IMG/VR virus record: IMGVR_UViG_3300049917_000136
Span: 1-51,430 of that record
Strand: one strand, 5' to 3'
Length of the DNA stretch: 51,430 nt
From: a virus
Lineage: Duplodnaviria; Caudoviricetes
In this document: positions 18,042-27,303 of the stretch, piece by piece
How the letters are laid out: each line of letters starts with the position of its first letter
Position numbering within the stretch: the first letter of the stretch is position 1
Notes under the pieces: model-generated
Seen by the model: the letters and a program-made list of their open reading frames with translations, nothing else
The model's database searches: none
What the model was told of the DNA's origin: nothing
Position numbers and translations under genes: made by a program

Positions 18042-18427
18042 TAGGCCAACTCAAGATGCCCTGGATCCCAACCCACGTTGGTTGCCTGGAGATCAACCGG
18101 CACACCAAACCGCCCACCCCACTTGCCACCAAGTTTCTCCCACTTTTCCCCCACCTTTCGGTAGGCTTCCCCGGTCCAGGTAGGAATACGATCTTTCATC
18201 AGAATGATGTCTATGGCCATCCTATCGCAATGACGGCTCTTGACTGTCTTACTCTTCTTGTTATACACAAGTAATTCTTGATAGGAATGCTCTCTCCCAC
18301 AGTGGCAACAGGACAGTTTATCTGTGGAACGCCACGCATCGCCCATGACCCACTCGTAATTCTCTTCAGCCATCCAATAGAAGAGAAGCCCTAACATGCG
18401 AGAGAACTGGATTTGTTTCTCTACCAT
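18041..18427 (-). CDS. Endolysin, M15 family (L-Ala-D-Glu peptidase-like)
   Basis: SRH...AIDI, WGGRF and DPGHLE motifs. Confidence 0.85.
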   Translation of the reverse strand: MVEKQIQFSRMLGLLFYWMAEENYEWVMGDAWRSTDKLSCCHCGREHSYQELLVYNKKSKTVKSRHCDRMAIDIILMKDRIPTWTGEAYRKVGEKWEKLGGKWGGRFGVPVDLQATNVGWDPGHLELA

Positions 18428-18438
18428 AGATACTCCTC

Positions 18439-18669
18439 TTAGTGACTTTGTTTATACCCTAACCACGCCAGGATTAGCGCCCAGGATGTGAGGATGAACC
18501 GCTTCACAAAGAACACCTCATTCCATACCTTTTGGTCTTCTTTGATGTGGTCATTGAGAGTATCCGACATATCGGTGATTTGATTCCGGACACCAACAAT
18601 GTCGCTTTTCAAGTCCGATTTAATGTCTCGGAACTTCTCTTCCAGATACTCGTAAAATTGCTGGTCCAT
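18439..18669 (-). CDS. Putative holin/antiholin (coiled coil plus C-terminal TM)
   Basis: Directly upstream of the endolysin; single TM helix. Confidence 0.55.
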   Translation of the reverse strand: MDQQFYEYLEEKFRDIKSDLKSDIVGVRNQITDMSDTLNDHIKEDQKVWNEVFFVKRFILTSWALILAWLGYKQSH

Positions 18670-20069
18670 TATTCATCCTGTCCTGTCGTGGTTAAAGCCC
18701 TGGTCCCGGTCCCGAGTAACATTCCTAAACGTCTGAAGTTGGATTCGCTAGGGTCACTGACGGTAGCGCGGACGAGCTTCCGGCCTGTCTCGGTCATCAT
18801 GCCCTTTGAGAGTTGTTCAGCGCCGATGTATGCAGCGGCAGCGCCTCCAGATCCCCCTGTGAATCCGCCTACAAGCGTAGCAATAAGCTTACTCAAATCA
18901 TGGCCTTTCATTTTCGCAAGCCGACGATATTCTGCGTCAATAGCCTTAAAATCCTCTGCTGAGACTCGTGATTTAACATGGTCGGTTTTATGCAACCAGT
19001 CTACGACTTTATTGGGGTTAAAGATCGTCACTCCATCCTTTGTGGTCATGGCCATTTCTGTCGCTTGCACTAACTCTTGATTCGCATAGTTATACTTTGC
19101 GAGTTGACGGGCAGCTTGCCATTCCTTGACAGGAGCACCCCCAATAGAGGGCATAGGAGCCTTTTCCATATCGCTCAAAGCAGCTTTATAAAGCTTTTGA
19201 TACGCCCCGCGCGCACCGGGATCGGTCGTATTACGGATAATAGAACCAAAACCCTCTGTCATTGACTTGGCTTCTTCAAATGTAAACCCAGGCAATCTAG
19301 CAGGAGCAGCTTGAACTGTTTGTTTTGGTAATCCTGTTGGCAGGGAAAACGCTTTACCGCTAGCTGCGGTAGGAGCAACCATCTTTGTCTTAGCGGGTGC
19401 CCCAGCAATCACGTTATCAATTTCCTGAAACATCGGTTCCAAACCGGATTCTTTGATTTTCGCGCTTAGCGTTTCGAGTGGATTATTCTTAATATCGGCA
19501 CTTAATTTCGTAATGGCTTTTTTTAATTCAGGGAATGCAGTCATCCGATATGCCGTGTTACCTTGTTTGACTGTATCGTAGGCCGCTTTTACGCTATTGG
19601 CATTCGTTCCGAGCAACTTTTCAGGTAGTTTAAGGGCATCGTCTGCAATAGATGCTCCAAAAGATGATGCGAATCCAGGCAGTAAACGCGGAACATTTTG
19701 TATTAACCCAAACGCTGCACGACCAGCGGCGGGGGCTAAAGCAGCTAAGCCTAATTGTGTGTTACTTCGTTCATTCACCCCTGCTGCTTGTAACCCCAAT
19801 TCTGAGGCTAGTCCAGCCCCACCTTCCAACATTAATAACGGAGCAAGAGACATCCCCCCGGTAAACGGTACTGTCGCAAGCCCTGCTGCTAACGGTACCC
19901 CTAATTGAAGGGCTGTCCTGACATTGGGGTGTTCATCGAAGAAGCCTGGATTCGCCTTCGCTGCTTTAGGACTAGGAGCAGGCACGGCTTGTTGACCTTG
20001 TTCCATCTCCATACGATGACGAAACTCAAACTCTTCTTCTTCGCTTATTTGCCCTGTTTCTTCAGCCAT
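18669..20069 (-). CDS. Internal virion / DNA ejection protein
   Basis: Ala/Gly-rich helical protein with TM-like segments, at the podovirus ejectosome position. Confidence 0.65.
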   Translation of the reverse strand: MAEETGQISEEEEFEFRHRMEMEQGQQAVPAPSPKAAKANPGFFDEHPNVRTALQLGVPLAAGLATVPFTGGMSLAPLLMLEGGAGLASELGLQAAGVNERSNTQLGLAALAPAAGRAAFGLIQNVPRLLPGFASSFGASIADDALKLPEKLLGTNANSVKAAYDTVKQGNTAYRMTAFPELKKAITKLSADIKNNPLETLSAKIKESGLEPMFQEIDNVIAGAPAKTKMVAPTAASGKAFSLPTGLPKQTVQAAPARLPGFTFEEAKSMTEGFGSIIRNTTDPGARGAYQKLYKAALSDMEKAPMPSIGGAPVKEWQAARQLAKYNYANQELVQATEMAMTTKDGVTIFNPNKVVDWLHKTDHVKSRVSAEDFKAIDAEYRRLAKMKGHDLSKLIATLVGGFTGGSGGAAAAYIGAEQLSKGMMTETGRKLVRATVSDPSESNFRRLGMLLGTGTRALTTTGQDE

Positions 20070-22045
20070 TCTTGATACCGTTTTTCCTTCGCTGGATCTT
20101 GGTATGGTCCACCTACTGATGGTTGAGACTGCTGCTTAGACGACGGCGCATCACCTTTCAACGCATCCGCTTGGCTCAATAATCCCTGCATATTTTTCTT
20201 GTCAACACTATCCCCGGCCACACTTCGTCTAAATGAACTCACCGCTTCATCGTAGATTTTGAAGAAAAGCTCTTTCTTCTTTTTCATTGTGCCAGTCGTG
20301 TCGCCAAACGTTGGTAACGTGGCCTGCCACCTGGCAATGTCACGGTCTGTCATTACCCCTACTTCCCCACCAAATACCCTAGAGAAAACAGACGAAAACG
20401 CCTCAGAACCAGCTTTATACGTGGCTGCATCGGGGTTCATGCCTGATAATGCCCCTGCTTGAAGCTTGGCATACTGACCGGCAGCATCAACAGGCCCCTT
20501 CGCCGTGATATGAGGAGTAATCAAATCGAACATGGACGTAAGGTTTGCCTTCGCCATTTCGATTTCTTTGGATTGCTTCTGTTGGGCATCGCTCATTTGG
20601 ATATAGTCACCAGCGGCAAGTTGCCCCTTGCTAATACCAGCTGGAGGTCTATTGAGGGAACCCTTTTCGAGAAAATCCCGTTTGCTAACGACATCACTTC
20701 GCTTGTCAACGGTAGCAGGAGAACCCAAGTCAACAGCATTCCGACCTTGAGCGTAAAGTTGGCTATATCGATTCATGACATCACGTTGTTCAGGCCCGCC
20801 TTCAGGTAATTTTTTATACCCTACACCATGGAAAGCGTGGGCCAAACTATCGACTATTGGGCTAACTTTGCTCGCGTCACCCTCTGCTTCGTTTTTGTAT
20901 TTAGCAGCTTGAGCGTAATTCTCCGCTGTCTTGGAGCGTGTTTCCTCGTCTTTGAGCTTTTTCGTTTCAAGCGAAGCTTCGTGTTCTTCGACCAATGACC
21001 GTTCAAATGGCGTTCGTTGATCGGCGTTTTTCGATATAGCCCTTGACAACACAGCTTGTTTCGCATTTGCCTTAGCGTTATGCTTGGCGTCTTCCCGAGC
21101 CATGTCTATCCATGACGTAAGCTCATGGTGTGGCAGAGACCCATCCATTAATCGCTGCTGGACTTCTTCTGGAATAAACTCCTTGTATGCCTGTAATGAT
21201 CCGTAATCAGCATCTTTGAGGCTTTTGCTAAGCATTCCAGCTTGTTTGGCTAATGAAAATTGTGGATCTGCTGATAATTGCTCTAATACTGCGGGTGCCT
21301 TGGGGTGACTCATCGCTCGTTCGAGCAATCCAATATCATGTTGCCGTTTCTGTTCCTTACGGTGTTCAAGGTCAGCGGCTAATGTTTGCCGTCGTTGTTC
21401 AAAAAGTTGCTGATTCTGTTGCATATCCTGCTGCATGGCCAGCTGCTTCATATACAGCGGCGTCTGTCCCGAGTAAGCCGCTCCCATATTCTGGAGACGC
21501 ATCCCGACGTTATTCATCGTATCTTGGGATGGGGTAATAGCATTCACCCCACGCCCTAGCGCATCGAGGCCACTAGACCCAGCATTTTTCACCCCTTGCC
21601 ACAGATCCCCAAGGGACATGCCCCCGCCTTGGTGTGCCTGTTGCGCCTGATGCACAGCCATAAGCTGATCTTCAAGGTTACGGCGATGATTGCTCAACTC
21701 CTCGATGGTATTGACTCGTTGCTCAATATTACCAGGAAGCGCATAGGAACTATCATTCCCAGGTCCACCCATCCCAGCCCCACCAATCTGATCTAAGGGG
21801 GTATATGCAGGGTCATTAAGGAAGGGTAACGCTAATGAGGTATCTTTATGAGAACCAGGCATATCATCCTTGTGCGTATGATCAAAAGATTTTGATCTTG
21901 CTATAGCCGAACTAACGGCATCGTTGACATTATCAAATTCACCCGAACCTGGAAGTTGTTGACCAGCTAACGGTAAACCCATTCCATAAACATTGATCCA
22001 TTTTCCATCTGGCCGCTGAATTGTCTCTGATTGTTCGTGACTCAT
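20045..22045 (-). CDS. Internal virion / DNA ejection protein
   Basis: 666 aa, Gln/Ala-rich and helical; gene position. Confidence 0.65.
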   Translation of the reverse strand: MSHEQSETIQRPDGKWINVYGMGLPLAGQQLPGSGEFDNVNDAVSSAIARSKSFDHTHKDDMPGSHKDTSLALPFLNDPAYTPLDQIGGAGMGGPGNDSSYALPGNIEQRVNTIEELSNHRRNLEDQLMAVHQAQQAHQGGGMSLGDLWQGVKNAGSSGLDALGRGVNAITPSQDTMNNVGMRLQNMGAAYSGQTPLYMKQLAMQQDMQQNQQLFEQRRQTLAADLEHRKEQKRQHDIGLLERAMSHPKAPAVLEQLSADPQFSLAKQAGMLSKSLKDADYGSLQAYKEFIPEEVQQRLMDGSLPHHELTSWIDMAREDAKHNAKANAKQAVLSRAISKNADQRTPFERSLVEEHEASLETKKLKDEETRSKTAENYAQAAKYKNEAEGDASKVSPIVDSLAHAFHGVGYKKLPEGGPEQRDVMNRYSQLYAQGRNAVDLGSPATVDKRSDVVSKRDFLEKGSLNRPPAGISKGQLAAGDYIQMSDAQQKQSKEIEMAKANLTSMFDLITPHITAKGPVDAAGQYAKLQAGALSGMNPDAATYKAGSEAFSSVFSRVFGGEVGVMTDRDIARWQATLPTFGDTTGTMKKKKELFFKIYDEAVSSFRRSVAGDSVDKKNMQGLLSQADALKGDAPSSKQQSQPSVGGPYQDPAKEKRYQEWLKKQGK

Positions 22046-22054
22046 TAGTTGAGC

Positions 22055-22756
22055 TTATAACCACGTTCCGTAGTTGCCGAAGGATTGGTTAGCTCGTGCT
22101 CCAGACCCCATCCCCATTCCACCCATGCTAGGCATCCCCATCATGGCACCGCCAACCATGCTCCCCATTCCAGCGGCAAGTTGCATTCCCTGGCCGATTT
22201 GGGTCATTAAGGAGGGGGTATGAGTTTGGATGGAGGTTCCACTACCACTACCTTGATGTTGCATGGTCCCTGATGCCATACGTTCGTTATACATAGGCGA
22301 AAATGCCGCCCCCATACCAGCTGGTAAGGCTTGTGATCCCATCAACCGCATTTGTGTACCCTGGAGGCCCATATTCAGGCCAGCATTGGCTTTCTGGCTC
22401 AACAGATCCCCCATCCCGAGGCCATAGCGTTGTAAAGCTTGCTGTGAGACAGGATCGTCACTCTTATTGAGACCCCTTGTGGTAGCTAAATAGTCAACGT
22501 AATCCTTGCCCTCGAGGTTAAATCGGTCAAAAGCTGATTGGTATGATTTGTCAAGTTGGGCTTGATCATTTGCGTTGAGCGTAAAGGGGGATGTCCCACC
22601 GTTCACGAGATTATTCAGGAAGCCTAGCTGTTGCTCACCTAATCCTCGATATTGATTGAGAATGTTTCGTTCCGTATCAGACGCCTTATCAAACGTCGTC
22701 CACGACGATCCCGAATTTTGCTGTGTTTCTTTCTGTTCTGTTTTCGATGATCCCAT
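22055..22756 (-). CDS. Internal virion / DNA ejection (pilot-like) protein
   Basis: MGSSK start; Gly/Met/Gln-rich; follows the GNAT-like gene. Confidence 0.65.
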   Translation of the reverse strand: MGSSKTEQKETQQNSGSSWTTFDKASDTERNILNQYRGLGEQQLGFLNNLVNGGTSPFTLNANDQAQLDKSYQSAFDRFNLEGKDYVDYLATTRGLNKSDDPVSQQALQRYGLGMGDLLSQKANAGLNMGLQGTQMRLMGSQALPAGMGAAFSPMYNERMASGTMQHQGSGSGTSIQTHTPSLMTQIGQGMQLAAGMGSMVGGAMMGMPSMGGMGMGSGARANQSFGNYGTWL

Positions 22757-23190
22757 TATAGTTTCCCCATATAAAGTGTGCCGTCTTCAACAGGGTTAAG
22801 GCCGCGTTTCTCAATAACCCGTTTCCAACTATTTTGATGATCGGCTACATACCCCGCCACAAACTGGCTTCCCTGTTGCTTCAGTATTGCCATACCTGCA
22901 TAACAAAGGTCTCGTACGGTACAGGCCAGGGTTCGTTTATCGATATGCTTCATCACCGTTAGCCATTCCAATCGACCTACGGGCATCCCTGGATTCACGT
23001 TGATACAGCCAAACGGTTCTGGATTACAGGCTAATAACCAGTATGGACCTAGCGGTAGTAACCAATTTGCTTGCTTGGCGAGCGCGATGGACTGATCCAA
23101 CAAGATAGCCTGGACTGTAGGCCCCTCATGGGGAAATGCCCAGCGTATCGTAGTTTTAACGCTCGTAGGAGATGTTGATAGCGCCTGCAT
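22756..23190 (-). CDS. GNAT-fold virion morphogenesis protein
   Basis: TIRWAF...VIEKRGL GNAT-like layout; position between tail and ejection genes as in many podoviruses. Confidence 0.55.
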   Translation of the reverse strand: MQALSTSPTSVKTTIRWAFPHEGPTVQAILLDQSIALAKQANWLLPLGPYWLLACNPEPFGCINVNPGMPVGRLEWLTVMKHIDKRTLACTVRDLCYAGMAILKQQGSQFVAGYVADHQNSWKRVIEKRGLNPVEDGTLYMGKL

Positions 23191-23800
23191 CGAAGGTATC
23201 CGCTCCCCCCACCGTAGTAATAACGACTCGATCTAGCTCAGCTGATGTAGCCTTGACGCCAGCCCCCATCGAAAAGGTAGCAGCGTTTGAATGCCCTACC
23301 AGGGAAACGCATGACCACGTATTCGTTGACGCATTCATCAAGACAAGTGTGGCATGGCCATGAATGATCATTCCGGCTACGGTCGTTGCTGTTACCCCAA
23401 ACCCAGTTGTAAAGTTTGCGGTAGCGGGTGTGGCTGTGGTGATTGTGTCCGCAGACCCAAGATAGGTCGTTGCCTCAACTCCCCCCGCGTCACCTATTTG
23501 GATCATCACATTGCTTGTCCCGCTGGTTGACACGCCAGAGAACATGACATTAATTCGTCGTACTCCTGATGGGATACTTGAGAAGGTAATTGCCGTGCCA
23601 CTTGTCGAGGCTTGTTGTGTCCCTAGAACAATCTTGTTATGATTTGGATGTAACCCCACAGTAAGGGAAGTCATCGTATTGACTTCGGCCTGTGTTGCCG
23701 CTGGAAGGGTCTGAGTTTCGATATTGACAAATCGTGCGTTGAGATCTGTATGGGTAAGTACCTCGTCATCAACCCATGTTTTCGTTGCTGTAACAGACAT
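23156..23800 (-). CDS. Tail-associated structural protein (short fibre/needle-like)
   Basis: N-terminal KTWVDDEVLTHTDLN attachment-like motif; Thr/Ser-rich beta C-terminus. Confidence 0.65.
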   Translation of the reverse strand: MSVTATKTWVDDEVLTHTDLNARFVNIETQTLPAATQAEVNTMTSLTVGLHPNHNKIVLGTQQASTSGTAITFSSIPSGVRRINVMFSGVSTSGTSNVMIQIGDAGGVEATTYLGSADTITTATPATANFTTGFGVTATTVAGMIIHGHATLVLMNASTNTWSCVSLVGHSNAATFSMGAGVKATSAELDRVVITTVGGADTFDAGAINISYER

Positions 23801-25473
23801 TAGGCGTTCTCCAGACTTTCTCCACTTGGGGTATAAAGAACCCCAAAATGGTCAACACGAGCGTCAGCGGCTTCAGAATCATCCGCAACAAGTGTGTAGA
23901 CAAATGCGCGTGACTCTCCGTTGACCGATTCAATAAAATTAAATGTACTATAATCTGTCCCAAGTTGATCGGTTCCTAGCACAAAGGTTCCAAGCCCAAC
24001 TCCATGACTTGGAGTAAACGAAATAGTCTCTCCATGCGACCCACGACCACCGTAGGAAAACTGTAGGGTTCCGTATTCCTCACTAGCCTCGTTATACGTA
24101 GGCTCAAGGTCAACGGACACGGAAGTAATTGTTTTCTTATATACAGACGGTCCGTATGTTAAAGCAGGGGTTTCAATCCTGCTTGCAAATGGGTTTCCAG
24201 CTGTCGATGGGGTACCGTCAACCGTAAATTCTAAATTGTTACGCGGCCATTCCCGAACAATTCTTCCATTTTTGTCGCCAAATGTTGGGATAAGAAGCCC
24301 CGTATTACTCGGATCTTCCATCAGTGCAACAGCCGTTATGTCTGGATGGCACGTCAACGGAATAAATCGTGGATAGCGATTAGTTTCATTTACAAATCGC
24401 CAATCCATCATCAACACAAAAGGCGGCGCAATTTGTCCCAAGTACGCAAGTGTATTATTAAATACAGCATATGAAATGTTTTGGGATGGATCAGTTATAA
24501 TCTGTGTTGCTACACTTGCACCACCTTGAAGAAGATTACTTGAGTTTTGACACCAAGAGAGAATAGGGAAATTGACGTATGACTGTGCATAATCACCGTA
24601 AGATGACGTGACTTGTAGTGAATGACATGACCCCCTAGGAGACCAAAACGCAAAGTCATCACCTACTGGAAAAATACTGCCTTGTCCTGCCGCCGAGATA
24701 CCATACACAAACGGAACACGCGCAAAATCACTTGACGATGAACCAGTGATACGGTGAATCGATAGCCTATGTGGTCCCTTAAATACCCATAATTCACGCT
24801 TCCATGACAACAGGGCAACAATACCATCCCCATCGCCAGGGTCAATATCAATTGAACCGGACCCAGCACCGACCCAATCTTCAGGATTCCCGACAGCACT
24901 GTAGTGAAGTTTTGATGGAGTCGCAGCAATCCCAGCTGCCCAATGTCTGCCGTTATGGGCGGTTGAAAATCTAAAAGCTGGTGGAGTTCCTGCTAACGAT
25001 TGAAAAACTGTTTGATCCCAACTTTTAGGCGGAGAATTGCCACCGATAATAAGTAGATCATTAAAGGTGGTCATGTGTGGCACACCCGTTGACACTGCCG
25101 TAAGGTCCCCGATTTTTTCGGCTATGTCTGATCCCGCAAACCGATATAACCATGATCCAACAATCGCAAGATGGACACGAGTTCCAGCCAATGAAGTTCC
25201 CATACGAACATAGTCATAGAGGTATTGGACAATTGAACTTTCAACGAGGCCAGCTGATGATGCTGGAGCTTTGATAGGTGCAGCCAACGTCTCAGCAAGC
25301 CCTGGATACTTCCCAACACTTCCATTGGGATAAAACCGGACATTCTCGCATGTCTTTAACCATGGAATAGAAATGGTTCCGTTTTCCGGCGAAGCATAAT
25401 ATGTGGACCCATAATCCGTGGCCCACCCGCCATCAAACTTATGTGTCACCCACTGACTAGAATTGTGTGGCAT
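23800..25473 (-). CDS. Tail nozzle / packaged-DNA stabilisation protein (P22 gp10 / tail tubular B-like)
   Basis: 557 aa beta-propeller-like; LHYSAVGNPEDW...DGDGIVAL...LWVFK motif. Confidence 0.8.
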   Translation of the reverse strand: MPHNSSQWVTHKFDGGWATDYGSTYYASPENGTISIPWLKTCENVRFYPNGSVGKYPGLAETLAAPIKAPASSAGLVESSIVQYLYDYVRMGTSLAGTRVHLAIVGSWLYRFAGSDIAEKIGDLTAVSTGVPHMTTFNDLLIIGGNSPPKSWDQTVFQSLAGTPPAFRFSTAHNGRHWAAGIAATPSKLHYSAVGNPEDWVGAGSGSIDIDPGDGDGIVALLSWKRELWVFKGPHRLSIHRITGSSSSDFARVPFVYGISAAGQGSIFPVGDDFAFWSPRGSCHSLQVTSSYGDYAQSYVNFPILSWCQNSSNLLQGGASVATQIITDPSQNISYAVFNNTLAYLGQIAPPFVLMMDWRFVNETNRYPRFIPLTCHPDITAVALMEDPSNTGLLIPTFGDKNGRIVREWPRNNLEFTVDGTPSTAGNPFASRIETPALTYGPSVYKKTITSVSVDLEPTYNEASEEYGTLQFSYGGRGSHGETISFTPSHGVGLGTFVLGTDQLGTDYSTFNFIESVNGESRAFVYTLVADDSEAADARVDHFGVLYTPSGESLENA

Positions 25474-25475
25474 CG

Positions 25476-26510
25476 TTACCGCCGAAAGCTGTCAAAATCG
25501 TCGTTGAGGTCATAGATACGCCGTCCACCACGCCTGCTATAGGGGGTCTGTGCGGCCCGTACATATGAGCCTATTGAGGGTTGTATCTGTGCTCGCGTAT
25601 GTGTAGCGATGTCATGGTCGTTCACAATACGAGACATGATTTCCGTATACTCAGCTTTGGCTACATCAGCACGAGCGTCATCCTTTTTATCACGGTACCA
25701 ATGGGCCAAGGCATGAAGGACAATAGCGTGCCGATAATGCAGGGGCATCGTGGGAACGTCATCATCCGATGACATACTCGTAAGCGTGGCCCCTGCTGAT
25801 GTCACAGCAATTGTAGCGGTAATAAATGCGTAAGGAATGATATAGACTTGATCTGGATAGGGATAAAAGAGGATCTTCCGTGCTGGAGTTGAATTTGTCG
25901 ATGATGTAGTTGAATCAATAATACATGCTACTTGTGGACGACCCTGTATGGCTACCTTTGTATACCGTCTCCTAAATTCCGCTCTTGAGATTAAGGCAAT
26001 ATTCGAGGCAGGGCTAAACATCCGTACATCGATTGGCCGCAAGAACGAGGAGGACAAACTATATTCATTCTCAAAGTAGGTATACGAAGCTCCAGATAAC
26101 GCATCACTCCCTACGTATCGATTATCAAGGGTAAGACTCGTGTCACTTCCCACAGCGGTTACGGTATAAATATCCGATCCACCACTGAGCACCACTTTTC
26201 CACCGTCACGGGTAATGACTTCATTATAACTATTTGCTGTGTTCCAGGTCGTTCCTGATCCAGTCAGCGTTGTGCTTCCGACTGAGATTGAGACCGTGCC
26301 TGTTGAATAGGGAGCTTTCGTCCGAAGTTCTGTACGCCGCTCACACCATGGAAGCTTATAATCCAGCCCTAAGTGCATATCGTGGAGCGCGACGTTGATA
26401 TACCGCTTCAATTGCTCCAAGGTTGACGCATGTGATACGGTTAGGCGAAGTCTATTTCCAAGATCTGTATACAGATCCGAGAACGTGGTTAATTGGCTTG
26501 TCGATGACAT
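25476..26510 (-). CDS. Head-tail adaptor (tail tubular protein A-like) with inserted beta domain
   Basis: TFSDL...YINVA; FYPYPD; P..P..YRHAIVLHAL; GTVSISVGSTTLTGSGT insert. Confidence 0.8.
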   Translation of the reverse strand: MSSTSQLTTFSDLYTDLGNRLRLTVSHASTLEQLKRYINVALHDMHLGLDYKLPWCERRTELRTKAPYSTGTVSISVGSTTLTGSGTTWNTANSYNEVITRDGGKVVLSGGSDIYTVTAVGSDTSLTLDNRYVGSDALSGASYTYFENEYSLSSSFLRPIDVRMFSPASNIALISRAEFRRRYTKVAIQGRPQVACIIDSTTSSTNSTPARKILFYPYPDQVYIIPYAFITATIAVTSAGATLTSMSSDDDVPTMPLHYRHAIVLHALAHWYRDKKDDARADVAKAEYTEIMSRIVNDHDIATHTRAQIQPSIGSYVRAAQTPYSRRGGRRIYDLNDDFDSFRR

Positions 26511-26666
26511 TTAGCTTCTTTCCTTATAAAGGATACCGCGTTCGGTAAGATCAAACGTGAGATTCGGTAAGGTGGCAGGTTGCCCAACATCACCCGTTAC
26601 TTTGCCAATACCGTCTCCCTGTGCTGATGTCGTAAGCAACACCCCTGTTCCTGTTATATCAGCCAT
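26511..26666 (-). CDS. Small structural-region protein (51 aa; not in the ORF track)
   Basis: My translation MADITGTGVLLTTSAQGDG... fills the gap exactly. Confidence 0.6.
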   Translation of the reverse strand: MADITGTGVLLTTSAQGDGIGKVTGDVGQPATLPNLTFDLTERGILYKERS

Positions 26667-26670
26667 GGGA

Positions 26671-27048
26671 TTACGCTGGAGCCGTATAGGTTAATGACGT
26701 AACGGCTACGGTTTGCCCTGCTAATGCCGTTACAGTGTTTAATTCAATGTCACCGCCGCCACCTGTAGCTGTCACACTGCAAATAACTTTGTCGGTCCCG
26801 GCTGCATTCTTAAGACGTGCCTTGGCGATAGTCCCCCCTGTTGCGCTCGCATCCTGGGTAATAGTATTTGCTGTTGCAACCCCTGCAACTGGGCTTCCAA
26901 ACGCCGTGTTACTAAACGTCAAAGTCGCTACTTCGACATTACCGGATGTTTGAAATACCAGTGTTCCAGGTGGGGTACCTTCATTCAATTGGTCAAGTAC
27001 AAAGCTACAAAATCCGTTCCGTACTGCCGTAGGGTGTGTTACCGACAT
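26671..27048 (-). CDS. Virion structural protein
   Basis: AVRNG...LATLTF...DASATGGT..ARL pattern typical of small phage structural beta proteins. Confidence 0.7.
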   Translation of the reverse strand: MSVTHPTAVRNGFCSFVLDQLNEGTPPGTLVFQTSGNVEVATLTFSNTAFGSPVAGVATANTITQDASATGGTIAKARLKNAAGTDKVICSVTATGGGGDIELNTVTALAGQTVAVTSLTYTAPA

Positions 27049-27302
27049 AATAGTTTCCACGCCTTCTTTGTCTTTTCCCAAATCGTTTCGTCTAAGGTTT
27101 CTTGTAGGTGGGTATGGCCACTTCCATACAACAAGACTTTATTCTGTTCATGTAGAAATACAATTTTCCCTTGGAGCGCCCACACTTCAGCCAGCGCATT
27201 CAGCATTTTATTAGTATTACGAATTGTATAGGTCAGATCTTGGACATACACGCTTTGTGTCTCAGGTGATTCAAAAGTATGAAGGGCAATAAACGTCCGC
27301 AT
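27039..27302 (-). CDS. Hypothetical protein
   Basis: MRTFIAL... start just after the preceding stop. Confidence 0.55.
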   Translation of the reverse strand: MRTFIALHTFESPETQSVYVQDLTYTIRNTNKMLNALAEVWALQGKIVFLHEQNKVLLYGSGHTHLQETLDETIWEKTKKAWKLLCR

Positions 27303-27303
27303 C

